Shown here: positions 1 through 9,070 of the stretch, one piece after another
Position numbering within the stretch: the first letter of the stretch is position 1
Layout of the letters: each line of letters opens with the position of its first letter
NCBI GenBank assembly: GCA_054661495.1
Contig: BAAFSQ010000245.1
Span: 1 to 14,667, forward strand
Source of the DNA: Zygophlyctis sp. KS116
Taxonomy: Eukaryota > Fungi > Chytridiomycota
Length of the DNA: 14,667 bases
Direction of reading: 5' to 3'
Notes under the pieces: model-generated
Told to the model about the DNA's origin: nothing
Databases searched by the model: none
The model's input: the letters and a program-made list of their open reading frames with translations, nothing else
Made by a program: the position numbers and the translations under genes

Positions 1-36
1 CATTTTACAGTCATTAGAGGAGAAAACACTCCTTAA
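1..36 (+). CDS. Possible 3' end of an upstream convergent gene (HFTVIRGENTP*)
   Basis: Frame 1 is open from base 1 to TAA at 34-36, 12 bp from the TMEM69 stop, which fits the tight packing seen elsewhere. It is too short to verify. Confidence 0.2.
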   Translation, partial: HFTVIRGENTP

Positions 37-48
37 ATTCTTAATTTT

Positions 49-543
49 TTATGAATTTTGTAAATAATCCAAGACTATACTTGTCGTTAGACTAGTCACA
101 ACAATTCCTGTAAGTCCAAACCGTAAATTTATATACCATTTTGGAATAAAGTTTGCTTTATATAGTCTTCTTTCATAAGCATATAGTCCTAAAAATCCAA
201 TTCCTTGAATCATTAAAGTCACTGGAACATGTGGAACCAGACAAGAAGAAAATCCAACCAACATTGGTATTACACCTGCAACATATTTCTTGGAACAAGG
301 ATTAGAAAAGAGTATTCCCCAATGTACAGCTCCAAGAAAACTAAGAATAGAACATCCATACAATGACTGCAAGTATAATAGCTGATCCAGACTAGAAGGA
401 AAATAATAAATACCAACAGTTGAAGCTACAAAAGGAGTTAGACCCAAGGCTCCAATAAAGTATGGTGTAATTCCTGGATTTTTACTGATAAGAGGAGTAG
501 AGTCGCTAAAGAGTCTTTTAATCGCCAATGGAGATAGTCGCAT
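49..543 (-). CDS. TMEM69 / DUF3429-family small multi-pass membrane protein, probably mitochondrial (164 aa)
   Basis: First ATG is at 543 (the track's start at 564 is GTG). The N-terminus MRLSPLAIKRLFS resembles a mitochondrial presequence. Family-like motifs: GALGLTPF, YGCSILSFLGAVHWG and PKWYINLRFGLT. No intron is needed. Confidence 0.85.
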   Translation of the reverse strand: MRLSPLAIKRLFSDSTPLISKNPGITPYFIGALGLTPFVASTVGIYYFPSSLDQLLYLQSLYGCSILSFLGAVHWGILFSNPCSKKYVAGVIPMLVGFSSCLVPHVPVTLMIQGIGFLGLYAYERRLYKANFIPKWYINLRFGLTGIVVTSLTTSIVLDYLQNS

Positions 544-705
544 TATTTTATGATTATATTCCACTGCTCTTGTAATGATTTACCGATAATCAAAGACAAG
601 TGTGTAAAATCATAACCAACAATAGTAATATTAGTAACATTATCAGCAATACAAAAATAGATCATCCGCTAAACAAGACAATGCCGTCACTTGGCACTAT
701 AAAAA

Positions 706-1213
706 ATGATTTCAAGACTTGCAAAGCGATTTCTCATTTGTCGCAGAGGAATATCATCCCATAACCAAAATCCAAAGACTCTAAAGGAATCGGTGAGAGG
801 TATATTTTGGATTTCTAAAGACAGAGTATGGTCCATTGGCAGTTGGAGTTTACTTTAGTATTTCATTTTCAGTATTTTGTTGTTGTTTAGCCTCAATCAG
901 CTTCTTTAAAGTTGATATAAATAGAATTCAGGAATGGATGTATGCTGCTAAAAAGTATGTAGGATTTGATCCTCAAAAACCAGAAATAATAGATAATACA
1001 ACTACAACTTTAGGAACTCAAATACTCTTGGCAATTGCATTGTCTAAACTATTTGTTCCTTTAAAATTAGGATTAGCTGCTGGATTAACTCCTATTCTTG
1101 CTAGAAAATTAAGATATTATGGTTTTAATTTATCAGCTAAAGGAGGATATAAAGATGCAAGAGATCAAGTCAAGCAGAAATTCAAGTCTTTTAAAGATCA
1201 AAATATCCCATAA
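706..1213 (+). CDS. FAM210 / DUF1279-family mitochondrial membrane protein (160 aa, 2 exons)
   Basis: Exons 706-799 and 825-1213, with a 25-nt intron at 800-824 (gtatat...gacag). Splicing gives MISRLAKRFLICRRGISS...LKESVREYGPLAVGVYFSIS, an Arg-rich presequence plus a DUF1279-like 'K/REYG..A.GVY' motif. The C-terminal AIALSKLFVPLKLGLAAGLTP also fits the family. Confidence 0.8.
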
Positions 1214-1222
1214 AACTCTCTA

Positions 1223-2061
1223 TTAAAGAGATTTTAGAGAAAAGGTAAAATTCAAAATATTCTTATCAGTTGTACAAGAGACTTGAATAAATTTTTGAGA
1301 ATTAGTCTCAATTTTTAGAATGCAAGTATTTGTCTGATCTTGTTTTAATTCTGATGATTGAGAAATTCCAGAAAGAGTTATAGTATGTAACATTTCTGAT
1401 TTCAAGAAAAATGAAATATTCATGTTACTAATTGTTGGATTTTCAATCTGTAAATGATTTGAATCAATTGTCGTTATAATTGGAAAGTAATCAAGAGCAG
1501 AATAGCGTATCAAGAAATTTGTACTAGATGCTTTTGGTTCTGGTTTAACAAGAATATGACTGCATTGGATACATTTTCTAATCTTTTTTGAAACGAGTCT
1601 AATCTTTTCTGGATACTGAAGAGTAGTTTTAGTATTTACGACAGTTGATAAAGGATTTGGTGTGAATTCTTGATCAAATTCTTTCCGTTCATTGAGTAAA
1701 GAAATTTGTGTATTAAAGTGTTTGATGAGATTAGCAAAGTTGATTTCTGTTGAAGAATCTTGTTCAAGTTCTAAATCTAAGATTTTAATAAATTACTCCA
1801 TGTAAATAGACAATTGTTGCAATTCCATTCATTATTTTCCAATTGTACAGTTGCATAGCAGAATGGGCAAGATGCACAATTACGAATGCAAGTTCCAATG
1901 CCAGAGACTGAGCTGACTGGGGCTTCTAGAAAGCAAGATGGGCAATAATAGCAATTAATTTCAGTTTTGGAACAATCTCGACAGGATAAAGTCATACAAG
2001 TTGGACAGCAGTATAAATATTCCAGAGGCCATTCAGAAGTACAAGAACACAAGTAAATCAT
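1223..2061 (-). CDS. DCTN4: Dynactin subunit 4 (p62), short form (about 270 aa, 2 exons)
   Basis: Exons 2061-1797 and 1770-1223, with a 26-nt intron at 1796-1771. The N-terminal Cys cluster (LYCCPTCMTLSCRDC...EINCYYCPSCFLE...CIRNCASCPFC...CNNC) joins YPEKIRLVSKKIRKCIQCSHILVKPEPKASSTNFLIRYSALDYFP. Both match recalled p62 conserved blocks. Confidence 0.8.
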
Positions 2062-2146
2062 TTCTCACGTAGGGTCTTAAGTGGTTTTAATCTATAACGC
2101 ATTGTAATCTATGCCACATTGTAATCGTAATCGTTATTTTTAAATC

Positions 2147-3526
2147 TTAATTGCTAAAAAATAATGTTGTTAGGCGGCTATCAAGTGTTGCCAACGTTTT
2201 AGACATGGTAGAGCTGCCAGATGGTGTATTACCTTGAATGCATAATCTGGCATGTGAGATTACATTTTTACTTAAATGACTTGTTTTTGTATATTCGATA
2301 GATTCTATAGACTCTTTTCTTTCTGAAGCGAATTCTATCGGTCCTAATGAAATCCATACAGGCTGATCATTTTCGCCTTGAAGATTGATTTGATCCAGTT
2401 CAACTGGATTATACTTTTTATACATCTTTTCTAAAAGTACATGAGAATTAATCATTTTTCTAGCTGCATTCTTAATGTATTTACATGCATCAAACCAATC
2501 ATGGAATCCAATAATATTATGTTGATAAATTTGAAAAAATCCAATTGCTGCTCTATACAATGTCTTTTCTCCTTGATAAAATAAAGAATCTAGAATTCTT
2601 AGAGTAGAATCATTTGGAAAGACTGTAATAAATAAATTCATAAACCATCCAGTTGTAATAGATAAAAATGGATCTAGTCTTTGATCAATTCCTTTTAACC
2701 ATTTAGATAATTTAGCTAATCCAAAACTTTCTCCATGTTCTCTAATAATCCAATTCCATAATACTTGTTGTTGTACTCTTGCGCCTTTAATATCAGATCC
2801 ATACATCTTTGGTGGCATCAACTTTTCAACAATAATAATCAACATCCAAAATACTTTTTCTTCAATTTCCTCAATCACTTCTTGAGATGGATTGTTAGGA
2901 ATTGATTTTGAAAATACCAATAATAGAAATGCTACAATAAAATTCAAACTTTGACAGTATCCAATCTGATAAGTACAAGTACGAATTGGTTTTTTTGAAT
3001 TATCTGGATGAGGATATGAATAATATGCAAAAGCTACTAAAACCTTTCTTAGAGATGCTGATAATCCCAATTCAGTTTTAAATTTTGGATGATTTGGAAA
3101 TGTTCGCAGTAAATCTAATTGTTAAAATTACTTTTAGTACCTTGATCAATCATTTCAACAAATGATAATACTTTATTATTGTCACTAGAATATCCAGATT
3201 GTAAGTCTTGAAGTTCTTTCCAATATAGCAAAGAGAATAATTCTGGGACTGAAGATTGTAGGAATGCGGCACCAGAATATTCAAACCATATTTTAGCTCT
3301 TAGATGCATCGGTATACCATGTCTAATGATCCATTTTACTAAATATTCAATTTAAATTAAGATTACTCTTTGAGCATTTCTGTGGTATTTTACTTGAAGT
3401 CGTTGGAATCAACTTGAGCCATTCTTGATCTATATAATCTTTTACAACTTGGTACTGTTTGTCGTATGATCTCTGAGTCTCGAAATTGATCGCTTCATCA
3501 AGCGGAAATCCCAAAGAGTCTGACAT
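2147..3526 (-). CDS. TBC-domain Rab GTPase-activating protein (Msb3/Gyp3/GRTP1-like, 441 aa, 3 exons)
   Basis: Exons 3526-3367, 3338-3141 and 3114-2147, with introns at 3366-3339 (28 nt) and 3140-3115 (26 nt). Splicing restores IIRHGIPMHLRAKIWFEYSGA and the arginine finger IDQDLLRTFP. The glutamine finger GYCQSLNFI and LRILDSLFYQG follow. Confidence 0.9.
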
Positions 3527-3635
3527 TCATAAAACGTCATTGTGTGTTCCATGTCACCCTTTGATCTGTCACATTCCTGAGCCGTTTCATGGATAGACAA
3601 ATTTGTTGTTTGAAATTTTGAAATTGCAATTACAA

Positions 3636-4792
3636 ATGCCCAAACTAACAATGGGCTTAATCTTTCTGTTACTCATATCAAGTTCAATGGGCTTAAGGAT
3701 CCGGAAAAGGTATGATCAAACGCTTTTAATATTAGATCACTGCAAGACTCATTGGTTCAAATGCAGTCGTCGGCATTTGATAAAAGTCAATCAATACCAT
3801 CTCTTTTTTCTAAAAGTGAAGTCTCTGGTCCAAATGCTCCAATTCCACCAATCGCCCCTCCAATCGCACAAAATACTCAAGATCAATCAACTCAATCAAC
3901 TATAAATTCCAACGCAAACTCTATTCCATTGTCTGATCAATCGGCTTCATCTGCAAAACAATCTGTCAATGGAAATTCTATAATTCAAGATAATATGGCT
4001 AAATTGGATACTCCCCCTGTGGAAGGTTCTATTTCTAATCTCCCAAAAACAAAATTAATAGCATTATTTATTGCTCCAACTCTTGTATTAATTCTAATCT
4101 TAATTGCAGTCTGGACACTGTATAGAAAGGGAGTTCTTACGGGATGTATAAGAAGGACAAAGAAGGAGTCACATGCTAGATCAAATTTACTACAAGAACA
4201 AATGAGAAACGATACTTCACTTAATTCCATACTATCACCATATTACGGTTTTAAACTTAAATCACAGCATTCCGATTCAATACCCGAATTATCAGAATGG
4301 TTAGAATCTGTTCATGGATCAGATGAAGATGATGAAAAATCTATTCCATTTCCAAACAGACAAGTTTCACCGTCAATTTTACCTAGTATTTCTTCTGATA
4401 ATGGGCCAAGAAAGTCATCAAGTGTAACAGAGCCAAAGCCTGTACTCTCAACTTCTTCAGAAACTACAAAATCAATAATTAATCAAAAGCATTCAATATT
4501 AACTACAGGGTCATTTGGTGCAAGTTATCAAAATACCCATATTTTAAGGCCCCAGGAAGGAAATATTTGGAAGTTGGGGGCTTTAAAATATTCCAAAAAG
4601 AAATCATATCCTTTAATAACTCCATCCCCATCAGAAGAAAAAGTAGGTTTCATGCGGTCTTTGTGGCAGGTCCCAAAGACTCTGAGTGGAGGGAGCATGG
4701 AAAATGAAAACACAAAATCATGGTGGAGTAAAAAATCAGTTTCCGTAAAGCAAGATACAAATATTGATCTTGATAATTTTCATGTTTGGTGA
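3636..4792 (+). CDS. Uncharacterised type I single-pass membrane protein: signal peptide, KR site, S/T/P/Q-rich ectodomain and long Ser-rich tail (371-376 aa, 2 exons)
   Basis: ATG at 3636 or 3651, with a 26-nt intron at 3710-3735. Splicing gives MGLIFLLLISSSMGLRIRKR-SLQDSLVQMQ, joining track ORF 3603 to ORF 3752. The TM helix LIALFIAPTLVLILILIAVWTLY is followed by basic RKG...RRTKK. Confidence 0.75.
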
Positions 4793-4828
4793 TTTTTTTA
4801 AAGTAATTTCGTTATTCAACATTTCTTT

Positions 4829-6410
4829 TCATATCGAGTCTTTTATTTGAACCAGTAGTATAATGTTAAATATTGATAGTAAAAGTGCAACTAAAACCAA
4901 TATTATTGTCATGATCCACGAGTTTGCAAATGATACATCTTCTGTTTCGTTAACTGAACTTGAATCCTGAGTTTCAGAGTCTATTGTACTGCTAGCTACT
5001 TTAAAACATTTGAGTGCCATAAATTTATTCGTAGATGTGAACTGAACCAAGGGCCAGACTGCAAAAGGGAGCTGTAAAGACAAGACGACTTGGGTAAACA
5101 CAAGCAATTTCCCAAGTCCTATATTTCCAGAAGTTAGAGCGATAGCTAATGCTGGAACAATGGCAATTGTTCTTGTGACCATCCGTCGAACCCAAGGAGA
5201 CAAACTGATCGAGTCACCTAAAAAGCCAGACATTACATATTGACCTAAGATTCAGTCATGATTCAATATTACCTGCTAATGTTCCTGTTATCGTTGAGCT
5301 CTGACCTGAACATAACAATCCGATTCCAAAAAGAATACCAGCTCCTTTTCCAAGAGTATTTGTTAAAATGTCATACGCTTGATGTAAATCCCCCACCTCT
5401 CCATTTCCAGATAATGCAGACGCAGAAACAATAAGAATAGATGCATTTACAATTAGTGCCAAACAAAGTGCAAGAGTTGAATCAGCATAAGAAAATTGTA
5501 ATATACGATCCATTGTATCCTTTTTTACAGGATTTTTTTCCTCTTTCTCTTCATTTACATCGAATATATCTCCTAGATTATCTTCATCGCCACATTTTCT
5601 ATATTTGACAATGCTTGAGTGAAGATAAAGGTTATGGGGCATCTTTAAATTTAATAATTATATCTTACGACTGTTGCACCTATAATCCCCATCGCCACAT
5701 ATAATTTCTTAGGATCCGTAAATATTGATACCTGTGGCAAAAATCCAATAAAAACTTCATTCCAATTTGGATTAGATTTTCCAACCACTATTAGCAAACA
5801 AATCCCAACAGTCAATATTAGCAATCCGATTCCTCGTTCAAACCATCGTAGGTTTTTTGCGTTCCATCCCAACAGTATAATAAATACATCAACCCCAGTA
5901 ATTACAACTCCCCATTCGATCGGGATTTTGAAAAGAAGATTTAATGCAACTGCAGACCCAATCACTTCGGCAATATCGCACGCTATGATTGCTATTTCAC
6001 AAAGAATATACAAGAAAAATGAGAAGTATTTGTTGTAGTGCTCTCTGCAGCTCTGAGCCAGATCTAGACCTGAAACTACTCCTAGTTTAACACACGAACG
6101 TTGCAGCAAAACTGCCATTAAATTGGATAAGAGAATAATAAACAACAAATCATAACCAAACTAGCGTTATTATACTATCATGTACCAAGCTCCCAGCCGA
6201 TAAGTCAGTAGCCCAGTTACCTGGGTCCAGATAACCTACAGCTACCATGTAACCTGGACCCATGAATTTTCCAAATGTTCTCAACCATGATAATGCAGAA
6301 TTTATTTGAACGTTTTTAGTATGTCCACTATTTGACTTTAATGTATCTTGTTCAGATGATGTAGGAGTTGAATTCCCACTATTGATTTCTAAATCAATCG
6401 CTTTCGCCAT
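4829..6410 (-). CDS. SMF1: Nramp/SMF-family divalent metal (Mn/Fe) transporter (500 aa, 4 exons)
   Basis: Exons 6410-6186, 6160-5669, 5642-5273 and 5244-4829, with introns at 6185-6161 (25 nt), 5668-5643 (26 nt) and 5272-5245 (28 nt). Motifs: GPGYMVAVGYLDPGNWATD, GATVMPHNLYLHS, GQSSTITGTLAGQYVMSGFL and QVVLSLQLPFA. The exact SMF paralogue cannot be resolved. Confidence 0.93.
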
Positions 6411-6434
6411 TTAAATTAAATTAAAATGATAACG

Positions 6435-7608
6435 TCACTTTAAAATCATTGGCAAAATACTGTCCATGACTTGCAATCCCTTTGATGTTGGTACCAGTCG
6501 ATTTCCATTGGTTCTATGATCAAAGAAACCATCCTTGACTAATTCATTGATTCTTTCAATATCCAAAATATGATTAGCATTTTCAAGAGGTATTCCTTCC
6601 AATGTCCGAAGACCTAATACAACAATTTCCTTTGATAGAGTCTTTGAATCAATAATTTGACTCCTTTTGATTCCATGATTAACCATTTTAATTTCTCTCA
6701 TCCACTGTTTAGGCTCTAGAATTCTAAACGTTTTAATTATGGATGAATCTGATAAAGTAAATCTTCCATGAGCTCCGGGACCGATTCCAATATAATCTAA
6801 TCCCCTCCAATATCCTAAATTATGTTTAGACTTGTATTTATCAGAAACAGTAAATGTCGAAACTTCATACTGCTGATATCCCATGTTTGCACAATTCTAT
6901 AATCTAAACTTTTTGTAAAAATACCTTTATAGTGTCTTCATACATTGTAGCAGAATCACATTCATTAGGTACTTGTAATCCACTATTGAAAAATTTAGTA
7001 CCTCTCTCAATCATCAATTGATATAGCGTCAAATGTGGCACTTTAAGTCGTAAAATATCAAGTAATTCTAACCGCCATTCAGCAGGAGTCTGATTATGTC
7101 TACAATAGATAAAATCTAGGCTAATATTATCAAAGAGAGATTGAGCAATTTTTAAAGATTTTAGAGCAGTTTCGACTGTATGATCTCTATTAAACTCCTT
7201 GAGCGTGCTATTTTGCAGAGACTGAAAACCCATACTAAGCCTATTTATACCAGCTTCTTTAAATGCTTTTAATGCATCAAACGTCAAGTTTGAATTCGGA
7301 TTTACTTCTAATGTTACTTCTGTTTGATCAGTCTTGTACTCTTTGAGCTGATCTAATACTTTTGATATCAAAACAGGACGGGCTAAAGATGGAGTCCCAC
7401 CTCCAAAGTATACACTATTAAGTATTCTAGATGTTCCAAGATTTAATCGGTTGAGATCAAAGGATAAATCAGCAATCATTGATGATTCCATCCGATCATG
7501 CTGCATTCCTCCTTCTGGGATTAGATATTTGTTGAATGCACAGTATGAACATTTTGTGGAGCAGTATGGCCAATGGACATAAACTGAAAACTTGAGTCTT
7601 GTCATCAT
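6435..7608 (-). CDS. RSAD1: Radical SAM heme chaperone HemW / RSAD1 (HemN-like family, 381 aa, 2 exons)
   Basis: Exons 7608-6925 and 6896-6435, with a 28-nt intron at 6924-6897. Motifs: YVHWPYCSTKCSYC (CX3CX2C), YFGGGTPS, EVTLEVNP, GINRLSMGFQS, YEVS, the HemW-type HNxxYW (HNLGYW) and YIGIGPGAHG. Confidence 0.9.
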
Positions 7609-7710
7609 AAAAACCTATACTACTATTGAGCCATAAATTCTAGATTTAATTATTAGAAACTGAATGGTCTGGACAAAGAGATCATGTAATGAAATCGACC
7701 AACTACTGAC

Positions 7711-7718
7711 TGACGTCA
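7711..7718. promoter_or_regulatory. Perfect CRE-like palindrome TGACGTCA (candidate ATF/CREB bZIP site) in the HemW/ARH divergent promoter
   Basis: Exact palindrome within the 157-bp intergenic region 7609-7765. Function is inferred only. Confidence 0.4.
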
Positions 7719-7765
7719 AGACAAACATAAAAATCTCCTAAACGTTTTGACGGTTTGAGAAAGAA

Positions 7766-8920
7766 ATGCAAGTTTCACAAGATAAAATTGCTGGTAGTTT
7801 ATGGGCATTGTTTATTGGGGATGCATTAGCCATGCCTGTGCATTGGTATTATGATATTAGAGGTAAGAACCCATTATTAAAGACATTAGAAATAAAAAAA
7901 GACTTTGGTTGGATAAAAGATTATCAAGCTCCCAAAAGTAAACATCCTTCCTCAATCATGAATTTGTCTTCAACCGGTGGGAAGCATGGAAGAGGAGATC
8001 AAAGTTCGAATGTTGTCGGAGAAGTTATTTTACATGGAAAAAAGAAATTCTGGGGAACTCCTCAGATACATTATCATCAAGGAATGAAGGCAGGGGAGAA
8101 TACGTTGAATGCAGTCGTGTCGAGAGTCTTGATGAGAGATTTGACAGCAAAGAAGGAGTATTTGCCAGAATCGTTTATAGATTCATACGTCAAATTCATG
8201 ACAACTCCAGATAGTCATAATGATACGTATGCGGAATCATATCATAGAGACTTTTTTACAAATTATTCTTTAGGCAAAAAACCAATGGAATGTGCTGGTA
8301 AAGAAGATCACAATTCAGCTTCAATGGGAGCTTTTGTTTCTTTGCCAATTCTTATTATCTTTTTGCATTACTCTAAAGCAAGCCGAAATGAAGTTATTCA
8401 AAAGTGTATCACTCATATAAAATTGACACACACGTCTGAATCGTTAAATGAATTTGCAGTGGTATATGTAAATCTGATGTTGGATATACTAAGCTTTCCG
8501 ATTCATCCCATTCCGGAATCAAATTTGATAGACTTGTTTGCAAAGGCAGGAACTCAAATTCCAGAAAAAGGGCCCTTGGATATTCCATCCTTGTTAAATC
8601 AATATGGAAATGAAAATTCGAAAGATTCAGATGTAGTGGGAAGATATTATTCTTCTGCTTGTTACATCTCAGACTCTTTGCCAAGTATTCTCTTCCTAGG
8701 GGCAAAGTATAGTCGTCATGGAATTCTTAAAGGTTTATTGGCAAATGCGAATGTTGGTGGTGATAATTGTCATAGAGGAGCTGCATTGGGGGGATTGTTA
8801 GGAGCTGCATTTGGATTCAAAAGCATCGATCCCGTTTGGATCAAGGGATTATTTGATGAGCCAAAGTTAACTGTTGAGATTCAAAATTTTATCACAACGA
8901 TCGAGTCAAAAGATTCATGA
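7766..8920 (+). CDS. ADP-ribosylglycohydrolase-fold protein, SelJ/J1-crystallin-like subgroup (375-384 aa)
   Basis: GSLWALFIGDALAMPVHWYYD at the N-terminus and NANVGGDNCHRGAALGGLLGAAFG...IDPVWIKGL at the C-terminus. There is a probable in-frame 27-nt intron at 7863-7889 (gtaaga...cattag). Confidence 0.85.
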   Translation: MQVSQDKIAGSLWALFIGDALAMPVHWYYDIRGKNPLLKTLEIKKDFGWIKDYQAPKSKHPSSIMNLSSTGGKHGRGDQSSNVVGEVILHGKKKFWGTPQIHYHQGMKAGENTLNAVVSRVLMRDLTAKKEYLPESFIDSYVKFMTTPDSHNDTYAESYHRDFFTNYSLGKKPMECAGKEDHNSASMGAFVSLPILIIFLHYSKASRNEVIQKCITHIKLTHTSESLNEFAVVYVNLMLDILSFPIHPIPESNLIDLFAKAGTQIPEKGPLDIPSLLNQYGNENSKDSDVVGRYYSSACYISDSLPSILFLGAKYSRHGILKGLLANANVGGDNCHRGAALGGLLGAAFGFKSIDPVWIKGLFDEPKLTVEIQNFITTIESKDS

Positions 8921-9070
8921 GCTGATATTTTTAAAATATGTTTAACATTTCAAGCAAATTGAAATAATACGTTAAACGACTTTATGCAAGTTTCTAATAG
9001 AGAATAGGTACAACTCAGGATACTCTTATTATAATATACATAATGCCTTGAATTTTAGATTTATTCATGA

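Noticed and set aside
3649-3696. 12-bp direct repeat CAATGGGCTTAA (two copies)
   Set aside because: Both copies encode M-G-L in the signal peptide region. Two copies with no array or element structure do not indicate CRISPR or a target-site duplication.
4829-8920. Bacterial operon or contaminant (mntH-hemW-draG-like)
   Set aside because: Nramp and HemW contain frame-breaking spliceosomal introns of the same type as the flanking eukaryote-specific genes, and composition looks uniform.
8918-9070. ARH terminal TGA as selenocysteine with a SECIS element
   Set aside because: The TGA follows a complete domain, the putative Sec-equivalent position is already Cys, and I see no convincing SECIS hairpin in the 150-bp gap.
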